IMG/VR virus record: IMGVR_UViG_3300035698_029839
Span: 62,001 to 126,000 of that record
DNA length: 64,000 nucleotides
Reading direction: 5' to 3' (one strand)
Shown one piece after another: positions 57,422 to 64,000 of the stretch. The stretch's first letter is position 1. The number at the start of each line of letters is the position of its first letter. The notes under the pieces were generated by a model. It was not told where the DNA came from and made no database searches. It saw nothing but the letters and a program-made list of their open reading frames with translations. A program made the translations under genes and the position numbers.

Positions 57422-58364
57422 TGGATAAACAGGTTTCTTAAAATACTGGATAGAAAATGTTAATAGAATATTTATCAGAAAAAATTAATACAAAAACGAA
57501 TATAAGGTTCAAATGTGATCAGTGTGGAAACTTATATATTAGGAATAATAAACCATATATAAATATGAAAAAAAGTATTTATTATGATAAGGATTATTGT
57601 TGTTTATGCTGGAGAAAAATTTTAAATAATCGTCCTGAATATAAAAAGAATATGAGTATATCTATACGGAAGATGTATGAAGATCATCCAGAGATAAGAA
57701 GTAAAATTTCTAAAACTTTGAAAAAAAATGGGGCAAATATAGGGAATAAAAATGGGATGAAACAAATTAAAGCAAGAATAAAGGCATCGATGACAAGAAA
57801 AAAAAAGTTTTTAGATCCAGTTTTTAGAAAAGCTCATTCTGATATGATTAAAAAGGCGTGGGCAGATGGTAAATTTGATGGAGTTAGAGTTGGGCAGTGT
57901 AAATGGCATGAATATAAACATTCTAATGGGAATGTTTATAAAGTTCAGGGAACATGGGAGCTAGCATTTATAAAATGGTTAGATGAAAATAATTTGAAAT
58001 TTAAATGCCATAGAGGAAGAATTCCATACAGAATTAAAGGGGAAAATAGAAATTATTATCCAGATTTTTGGGTTGATAAATGGGATGCTTTTATCGATGT
58101 AAAGTGTAGATATTTTTATGATATAAGTAAGAATAAGTTTAAAGCTATAAAAAAAAGTAATCCAAATATAAATATAAAAATTTTATTTAAAAAAGATTTA
58201 TTAAAATTAGGAGTTGTTTTGTGAAAAAAATAAAAATTAATAAAATAAAAAAAGAAAGCTATAAGGGTAAAGTTTATAATCTTGAATTAGAAACAGAAAA
58301 TTTTGATACTGATGGAGATGATTTGTTCTGGATAGAGCAGGAAACAGGAATTGTTACTCATAAT
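57029..58364 (+). mobile_element. Split intein plus free-standing endonuclease (fractured-gene element)
   Basis: IntN 57029-57421, endonuclease 57457-58224 and IntC 58221-58364, each in a different reading frame. Confidence 0.88.
57457..58224 (+). CDS. Free-standing homing endonuclease: NUMOD3-like basic region plus PD-(D/E)xK (TnsA-N-like) nuclease domain
   Basis: CDQCG...CCLC; EIRSKISKTLK; VQGTWELAFIKWLD, IPY and YYPDFWV...FIDVK motifs. Confidence 0.8.
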   Translation: MLIEYLSEKINTKTNIRFKCDQCGNLYIRNNKPYINMKKSIYYDKDYCCLCWRKILNNRPEYKKNMSISIRKMYEDHPEIRSKISKTLKKNGANIGNKNGMKQIKARIKASMTRKKKFLDPVFRKAHSDMIKKAWADGKFDGVRVGQCKWHEYKHSNGNVYKVQGTWELAFIKWLDENNLKFKCHRGRIPYRIKGENRNYYPDFWVDKWDAFIDVKCRYFYDISKNKFKAIKKSNPNINIKILFKKDLLKLGVVL

Positions 58365-58523
58365 TGCTTTAGTAAAGATATTAATTCTTTAATTGATACC
58401 ATGGAAAAGGAAGGTCTTGATCCATTGGTTTTAAAAGCAGTATGGGAACAAAATAAAAGAGTTAGAAAAAAATGGGACTGGGCCGATGAGTCTTCAGCCG
58501 TTTTAGGGGAGGAAAAGTCATGA
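58221..58523 (+). CDS. ugd: Split intein C-fragment (48 aa) plus dehydrogenase C-extein (52 aa)
   Basis: GTG start with SD AGGAG at 58209-58213; block F KVYNLELE; block G GIVTHN, then CFSKDINSL. Confidence 0.92.
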   Translation: MKKIKINKIKKESYKGKVYNLELETENFDTDGDDLFWIEQETGIVTHNCFSKDINSLIDTMEKEGLDPLVLKAVWEQNKRVRKKWDWADESSAVLGEEKS

Positions 58524-59251
58524 GTGTTGTAAGGGGGGTTATATTAGCAGGTGGACATGGGAAGAGACTTTATCCTATGACTAAGGTTATAAATAAGCAT
58601 TTATTGAATGTTTATAATAAACCCATGATTTATTACCCGATAGAGACTATGATTAATGCTGGGATTGATCAAATTATGATAGTAACAGGGGGAAATAATG
58701 CAGGTAGTTTTTTGGAGCTTATTGGGAATGGGGAAGAGTTCGGATTAAAAGAAATGCACTATTCTTATCAAAAAGGAGCAGGAGGTATAGCGGAAGCTTT
58801 ATCTTTAGCAGAGAATTTTACGGCTGGAGATAAGTTTGTAGTTATTTTAGGAGATAATATACTAGAAAAAAGTATTAAGCCTTATGTGGATAATTTTAAA
58901 TGTCAACAAGGAGGAGCAAAAATACTTTTAACTAAGTCTATGACTCCAGAACGTTTTGGGGTAGCGGAGATTGACGATAATAATAATGTTACTTGTATAG
59001 TTGAGAAGCCACGAGAACCTAAAAGTGACAGTATAGTTATTGGCGTATATATGTATGATGGAGAAGTTTTCGAAGCTATTAAACAACAACAACGTTCTGA
59101 CAGAGGAGAATTAGAGATTACTGATGTGAATAATTATTATATAGAAAAGAGTAAGCTAACAAGTGATTTTATTGATGGATGGTGGACAGACGCTGGGACT
59201 ATTCCTTCTCTATTTAAAGCCAATGCGTTACTAAAGGATAATAATGAGTAA
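58520..59251 (+). CDS. rmlA: Glucose-1-phosphate thymidylyltransferase (short form)
   Basis: ILAGGHGKRLYPMT, EKP, SDRGELEITD and WWTDAGT motifs. Confidence 0.93.
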   Translation: MSVVRGVILAGGHGKRLYPMTKVINKHLLNVYNKPMIYYPIETMINAGIDQIMIVTGGNNAGSFLELIGNGEEFGLKEMHYSYQKGAGGIAEALSLAENFTAGDKFVVILGDNILEKSIKPYVDNFKCQQGGAKILLTKSMTPERFGVAEIDDNNNVTCIVEKPREPKSDSIVIGVYMYDGEVFEAIKQQQRSDRGELEITDVNNYYIEKSKLTSDFIDGWWTDAGTIPSLFKANALLKDNNE

Positions 59252-60068
59252 TATAATTTTTGGAAACGGTTTTATAGGTAATATTTTAAATAATAAGTTA
59301 GATGATTATGAATTATCAGATTTAAACCCATTATTTTATGGAACTCTTTGTAAGGCATTAGATGTACATAAACCAGAAGTTATTATTAATTGTATTGGTA
59401 AAACAGGAAGACCCAATATAGATTGGTGCGAGAATAATAAAGAAGATACAATATTATCCAATATCGCCGTACCATCAATACTTGCATCTGAATGTTCTAA
59501 AAGAGGTATATATTTTGTCCATATGGGAAGCGGTTGTATTTATTCTGATAGGGACGGAGAGAATAATTTTTCTGAAGATGATGAACCAAATTTCTATAAA
59601 TATCAGACTTACGCAAGAACTAAAATATTAGCTGAAAAAATTGTTAAAAATGTACCCTCTTTGCAGGTGCGTATTAGAATGCCTATTTGTTCTTATCCTC
59701 ATGATAGAAATTTAATAACAAAATTATCAAAGTATGAAAAAGTAATTGATATTAAAAATTCTATGACAGTTATAGAGGATTTTTTACCTGTGTTTAAGAC
59801 ACTTGTAGATAATAGGGCTACGGGTATATATAATGTTGTGAATGAAGGGGCTATATCTGCTTATGAGATTATGAAGTTGTATGCAGAAATTGTAGATTTA
59901 TCATATAGGGTGTCTTTATTAAGTAAAGAAGAGTTAAATAGGATAACAGTTGGTGAAAGATCCAATTGTATTATTTTGTCGGAAAAGATTAAAAAATATG
60001 GAATATCTATGCCCAATATAAGAGAATCTATAGAGAAAGTTCTTTATGAATATAAGGAAAATTTATGA
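59244..60068 (+). CDS. rmlD: NRS/ER-type NDP-4-keto-6-deoxyglucose 3,5-epimerase/4-reductase (RmlD-like)
   Basis: GNGFIG, GKTGRPNIDWCE, GSGCIY, RIRMPI and RSNC motifs. Confidence 0.85.
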   Translation: MSNIIFGNGFIGNILNNKLDDYELSDLNPLFYGTLCKALDVHKPEVIINCIGKTGRPNIDWCENNKEDTILSNIAVPSILASECSKRGIYFVHMGSGCIYSDRDGENNFSEDDEPNFYKYQTYARTKILAEKIVKNVPSLQVRIRMPICSYPHDRNLITKLSKYEKVIDIKNSMTVIEDFLPVFKTLVDNRATGIYNVVNEGAISAYEIMKLYAEIVDLSYRVSLLSKEELNRITVGERSNCIILSEKIKKYGISMPNIRESIEKVLYEYKENL

Positions 60069-61009
60069 ATATATTAGTTACGGGCGGTGCGGGTTTTATA
60101 GGCTCTAATTTTATAGAAATACTTTTAGAAAAAACAAATCATAATATTGTAGTTTATGATTGTTTAACATATGCTGGTAATATAAATAATATTAAAGAAT
60201 TTATAGAAGATCGAAGATTAACTTTTGTAGAAGGCGATATACGAAATGGAAGTGTTGTTGATTGTTCTATAAAGAGTACTGATGTGGTTGTTAACTTTGC
60301 AGCGGAGACTCATGTTGATAATAGTATTTCATCTTGTAAGGATTTCTTAACTACCAATATTATTGGGACTGCTGTGTTGGCTGATTCAGCTATAAAATAT
60401 AAGGTTAAGAAATTTGTTCAAATATCTACAGATGAGGTTTATGGAGCTATTAATTACCCACATTCTTCTATAGAAACAGATGTATTAAAACCTCAGAATC
60501 CATATAGTGCTTCTAAGGCTTCTGCTGATATGTTGTTACTTTCTTATTATAACACTTATAAATTTCCAGTTGTTATAACAAGGTGCACTAATAATTATGG
60601 GAAGAAACAATATCCTGAGAAAATTATACCTTTATTTATATCAAATTTAATGAATGATAAAAAGGTTCCTGTCTATGGAGATGGGCTACAAATAAGAGAC
60701 TGGATACATGTAAGTGATCATTGCAATGCTATTCTTAATGTTATGGAAAAAGGAAGGGTTGGGGAGGTATATAATATAGGTTCTTCCAATGAAATTAAAA
60801 ATATTGATTTAACAAAAATTTTAATAAGTAAAATGGAAAAAGATGAAACATCTATAAAATATGTAGAAGATCGTCTTGGACACGATAAAAGATATTCTTT
60901 AAATACCGAAAAAATAAAAAATGAGCTAGAATGGAAATCTGTAGTTAATTTTGAAGAAGGAATTGATTCTACTGTCAAATGGTACAAAGATGCATTTCAA
61001 CAGAAATAA
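60065..61009 (+). CDS. rmlB: dTDP-glucose 4,6-dehydratase
   Basis: GGAGFIGSN, TYAGN, AAETHVDNS, STDEVYG, PYSASK and DRLGHDKRY motifs. Confidence 0.95.
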   Translation: MNILVTGGAGFIGSNFIEILLEKTNHNIVVYDCLTYAGNINNIKEFIEDRRLTFVEGDIRNGSVVDCSIKSTDVVVNFAAETHVDNSISSCKDFLTTNIIGTAVLADSAIKYKVKKFVQISTDEVYGAINYPHSSIETDVLKPQNPYSASKASADMLLLSYYNTYKFPVVITRCTNNYGKKQYPEKIIPLFISNLMNDKKVPVYGDGLQIRDWIHVSDHCNAILNVMEKGRVGEVYNIGSSNEIKNIDLTKILISKMEKDETSIKYVEDRLGHDKRYSLNTEKIKNELEWKSVVNFEEGIDSTVKWYKDAFQQK

Positions 61010-61829
61010 AATAAAACAAAATAAATTAAAGATTTCTCCTAGGGGTGGAAAAAAAAAGAAAATAAAAACTGCTAGCTCAAATAAGATTGTTCGCCCTGTC
61101 AAGAAGTCTAAAAAGAAAAATAGAAAATTAAAAATAACTTCTACATCTGGTTCTAGTGCTTTAAATATTAAAAAATTCGGGGATAAATCTATTTATAAGC
61201 CTATGGATGAATGGAAAAATTTATTAGAAGGACATGTGGTATTTATACTAGGTAATTCTCCTGGGATATCTAAACAAAATTTAGATATTTTGAAACCTTA
61301 TTTTACGATAGGTATTAATAGAATATTTTATATTTATACTTCTACTATCTTAATGTGGCAAGATATTCAAATGTGGAACAGTGAAAAGAATAAAATAGCC
61401 AATAATAAATCATTAAGAATATGTAATACTGCTAGCGATCCTAGAAAATTTTTCTTAAATTTCAAAGTTAAGGGTGGAAGTTTTAAATTTGGTAAGAATC
61501 CTTCTGTTCTATATGGAACTGGAAATACGACAGCGCTTGCTGCTCAATTAGCTGTTAGTTTGGGTTGTTCAGATATAGTTTTATTGGGAACAGACTGTAA
61601 GTATCAGGGGGGTAAAACTGATTTTTATGGAAAGAATAAAGATCACAAATCATATACATTAAAAATGTGTGATACAGCCATGAAATGGATAAAAAATGAT
61701 TGTCCCATTCCAGTTCATAATTGTAGTAGTAATAAGTTATTACCAGAAGAGAATCTAATAGACGTTATAAAAAAATTAAGACCAGAAAAAATGAGTAGAA
61801 AAGAATATATAAGGAAATTCAAAATATAA
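60951..61829 (+). CDS. Maf/DUF115 (Cst-II-like) protein 4 with Lys-rich N-terminal extension (start may be 60990)
   Basis: VFILGNSPGI, FTIGINRI and GCSDIVLLGTDC motifs. Confidence 0.68.
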   Translation: MKKELILLSNGTKMHFNRNKIKQNKLKISPRGGKKKKIKTASSNKIVRPVKKSKKKNRKLKITSTSGSSALNIKKFGDKSIYKPMDEWKNLLEGHVVFILGNSPGISKQNLDILKPYFTIGINRIFYIYTSTILMWQDIQMWNSEKNKIANNKSLRICNTASDPRKFFLNFKVKGGSFKFGKNPSVLYGTGNTTALAAQLAVSLGCSDIVLLGTDCKYQGGKTDFYGKNKDHKSYTLKMCDTAMKWIKNDCPIPVHNCSSNKLLPEENLIDVIKKLRPEKMSRKEYIRKFKI

Positions 61830-62086
61830 TGTATGGAGTAGATTTTAATAACCAATTAGCCGATTATTTGTTAGATGATAACAGAAAAATTTCTAAGGCA
61901 CATTTGAATAGCGTCTGCAAAATAGAGCAGAAGGATAAAACTTGTAGGTATATATCTTTATCAAAAATAGGATATGTGTGCATGAAGAAAAGTCCAGCCA
62001 AAGAAAAATTAGACGAAATGGTAAAAGGTGAAAATATGATTGCACGATCAGATAACTGCGAAGGACTGGGAGATATGCATGGCTAA
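61829..62086 (+). CDS. Small Cys-containing hypothetical protein
   Basis: VCKIEQ...CRYI...YVCMK...DNCEG; TAATG coupling. Confidence 0.65.
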   Translation: MYGVDFNNQLADYLLDDNRKISKAHLNSVCKIEQKDKTCRYISLSKIGYVCMKKSPAKEKLDEMVKGENMIARSDNCEGLGDMHG

Positions 62087-62534
62087 AGCTACTAAGAAAA
62101 AGACTTTAAAAGTGAAAAGCAAAACGGTAAAATCTAAAAATAAGGTTACTAAGAAAAAAGTAACTAAAAAAAAGATTAAGAAAAAGTCCCTTGCTAAGAA
62201 AAAGACTACTAGAAAAAAGGTTAAGAAAAAAACTAAAAAGAGAGTCAAGAAGAGAGCAAGGAGAAAGAAAATATTAATGGAAGATATTTATTCTATCATC
62301 AATAAGGTACAATTTGGTAAAAGAAAAACTACATTTGTTACCGAAATAACGGACGCACCTACAATAGAAAATAATATTAAAGATGTAGATTTAAGGTATG
62401 ATAAGGTAGAAATGAAAACTCAAGTAGTTTTTACTCTTTATCCTAATGAACAACAACATAATGACGAAATGGATACTATACATTTCGAAATAATGGATGA
62501 TGAAATTCCCGATATAGGGCAAATTTTTGGGTAA
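62079..62534 (+). CDS. Protein with histone-H1-like Lys-rich N-terminus and acidic C-terminus
   Basis: MAKATKKKTLKVKSK...KKRARRKK; SD GGGAGA 5 nt before ATG 62079. Confidence 0.7.
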   Translation: MAKATKKKTLKVKSKTVKSKNKVTKKKVTKKKIKKKSLAKKKTTRKKVKKKTKKRVKKRARRKKILMEDIYSIINKVQFGKRKTTFVTEITDAPTIENNIKDVDLRYDKVEMKTQVVFTLYPNEQQHNDEMDTIHFEIMDDEIPDIGQIFG

Positions 62535-62555
62535 GTCGTTTGCTAATAACGATTT
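62533..62555 (+). terminator. Possible weak hairpin terminator
   Basis: AAGTCGTT-TGCTAAT-AACGATTT, 8-bp stem with one G.U pair; only a patchy T-rich tail. Confidence 0.3.
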
Positions 62556-62583
62556 ATATTATTTCTTTATAATTTAAAAAAAC

Positions 62584-62613
62584 ATTTGAAAGTGAAAACG
62601 AATCAATTATAAT
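62584..62613 (+). promoter_or_regulatory. Putative sigma70-like promoter (TTGAAA-16-TATAAT)
   Basis: ATTTGAAAGTGA...TATAAT, same as 4137-4166. Confidence 0.6.
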
Positions 62614-62668
62614 AATTATTCATAGTGGGTTGAGATCAATAAAAGTAGAAATTGTGATAGGATAAAGT

Positions 62669-63553
62669 GTGAAAGTAAAAGATGAACAATTATTAGAAGA
62701 AGCTCTTAAAACTCCAGATTTTCTTTGTGAATCAGGTAGTCATTTGTACGGAATGACTACGCCTACATCAGATTATGATTTGAGAGGTTTTGTATTCCCA
62801 CCATTTGCTTATTTTGTAGGTGTTAAGAAATTTGAATGTAGAGAGATGGAGGGAGATAAAAAAGTTTATAGTGCTGCTCATTTTCTTAAGTTAGTTATGA
62901 AAGGAGATCCTCAATGTTCAGAATTGTTCTTTGCTAGTGATAAGAATATCATTAATTGCTCTGATCTCGGTAAGGAAATAATGGATATGAGGGACGATAT
63001 AATTAGTAATGCTATTTATGGCAGGATTATGGGTTATAGTACTGGGGAATGGCGTAAGGCAATGGCTGTTCGTCTTGTCTCTAAAGAGCGTAGCAAAAAT
63101 AAGAAAGAAGTTATTAATGATGTCAGAACATTTTGGCAACTCAATAAAGAGAAGATGGATAATATTATTGAGATTTTAGATTCTGTTGATGAGAAAAAAA
63201 TGATTTCTTCTCAAGCTGGGTTGGGAGTAAAAAGAAAAGCAGATATTAAGAAATATGGCTTTTGTAGAAAAAGTGCTGCCCACTCTATTCGTCTTGTAAA
63301 GCAGTTAACAGAACTTATGAATACTGGCAAAATGGTATTTCCTCTTTCTTTCAAAGAGATGTTGTTGGATATTAAAAATGGCAAGTACACTAAAAAAGAG
63401 CTAGAATTAATTCATGATGAAGTTGTTGCTGATGCAGAAAAAATGCGTGATAGATCTGTTCTTCCAGATAAACCAAATGAGAAAAAAGTTTGGAATACAT
63501 ATCTAAAATTAGTAAAAAAAGTAATAAAAAAAGATAAAGAATTTTTAAATTAA
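62669..63553 (+). CDS. DNA polymerase beta superfamily nucleotidyltransferase (RlaP/YcgL-like)
   Basis: GSHLYGMTTPTSDYDLRGF, GDPQCSELFF, AAHSIRL and LLDIKNG motifs. Confidence 0.85.
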   Translation: MKVKDEQLLEEALKTPDFLCESGSHLYGMTTPTSDYDLRGFVFPPFAYFVGVKKFECREMEGDKKVYSAAHFLKLVMKGDPQCSELFFASDKNIINCSDLGKEIMDMRDDIISNAIYGRIMGYSTGEWRKAMAVRLVSKERSKNKKEVINDVRTFWQLNKEKMDNIIEILDSVDEKKMISSQAGLGVKRKADIKKYGFCRKSAAHSIRLVKQLTELMNTGKMVFPLSFKEMLLDIKNGKYTKKELELIHDEVVADAEKMRDRSVLPDKPNEKKVWNTYLKLVKKVIKKDKEFLN

Positions 63554-63567
63554 AGGAGCTTCTTGTT

Positions 63568-64000
63568 ATGCAATCAAAAAGAAAATATAGAGGTTTAAAA
63601 AAATATGAGTCTCTTTTGCAGGTTATTTGTAAAACTGAAAGTCCTGAGTGGCTTATGGCAAAGGAGTGGGAAAATTATTTGGGTATTCAAGGTCTTTCTT
63701 CTCATATAAAAAATAACTATGATAATTTAACAGAAGAAGAATGGGAGGGGTGCTTAGGGGTGGCGTGTGTTATTTCTGTTATAGAGGGCGTGAATTCTAG
63801 TTTGTTCTCTCTATCAAAACATTTAGATATTTCTAATAATAATCCTCATTTACAGAATGCTTTTGAGAGGTTAAGGGTTAGTGGTGTTTTTAATGCTAAG
63901 AGAGATATTAGGAATGATCCGTTATTGACGGGAAATGGTAAGGATAAGGAATTGAGAGCTGCTGCTGATTCTGAAAGAAGCGCATGGTGTCATATTGCTG
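63568..64000 (+). CDS. Hypothetical protein (partial, runs off the window)
   Basis: SD AGGAG at 63554-63558; open frame MQSKRKYRGLKKYESLLQVICK... to the window end. Confidence 0.7.
   Translation, partial: MQSKRKYRGLKKYESLLQVICKTESPEWLMAKEWENYLGIQGLSSHIKNNYDNLTEEEWEGCLGVACVISVIEGVNSSLFSLSKHLDISNNNPHLQNAFERLRVSGVFNAKRDIRNDPLLTGNGKDKELRAAADSERSAWCHIA

Noticed and set aside
57421-57456. Six-codon mini-ORF (MDKQVS) coupled to the IntN stop and in frame with the endonuclease
   Set aside because: Two stops (TAA, TAG) separate it from the endonuclease start; too short to support a function, though a role in re-initiation cannot be excluded
124-63139. Many 60-100 aa ORFs antisense to or nested in real genes (e.g. 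621-836, 8205-8432, 11067-11342, 36605-36916, 62048-62248)
   Set aside because: Shadow ORFs rich in F/L/I from reverse-reading AT-rich coding DNA; no motifs or SD sites
1-64000. Stop-codon reassignment, as seen in some large phages
   Set aside because: Recognisable enzymes are full length in code 11; TAA, TAG and TGA all end genes with coupled downstream starts
1-64000. tRNA, rRNA or CRISPR array
   Set aside because: Intergenic gaps are short (the longest is about 165 nt) and AT-rich, with no cloverleaf or repeat-spacer periodicity; the TTGAAAG motifs are isolated, not arrayed

Overview
This is an AT-rich, very gene-dense window in standard genetic code 11, with Shine-Dalgarno sites and sigma70-type promoters, so it is expressed in a bacterium. 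It contains no rRNA, tRNA, CRISPR array or housekeeping operon. The flanks (1-8.8 kb, 61.8-64 kb) hold genes typical of large phages: Trp-repeat protein, RHH-HNH cassettes, NADAR, peptide deformylase, orphan receiver domain, DUF1257, pol-beta nucleotidyltransferase and a histone-H1-like protein. The best inference is a large/jumbo phage, but no capsid or terminase gene is in the window, so a CPR genome or megaplasmid is not excluded. The core (8.8-61.8 kb) is a ~53 kb glycosylation island in two long coupled + strand runs split by a 3-gene - strand operon. It encodes about 22 glycosyltransferase-like genes, 4 Maf/Cst-II-like transferases, about 17 methyltransferase-like genes, NeuA, 3 NeuB (one outside the island), KdsB, two aldolases, two 2-hydroxyacid dehydrogenases, two radical SAM/SPASM enzymes, four ParB/Srx-like proteins, a formyltransferase, a cytidylyltransferase-GHMP kinase fusion and a rhamnose pathway. 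I saw no membrane protein, flippase, polymerase or priming transferase, which points to glycosylation of soluble or virion targets. One UDP-sugar dehydrogenase is fractured by a naturally split intein at its catalytic Cys, with a free-standing endonuclease between the halves. All family calls come from motif recognition by eye; no database searches were run, and GC figures are hand counts.
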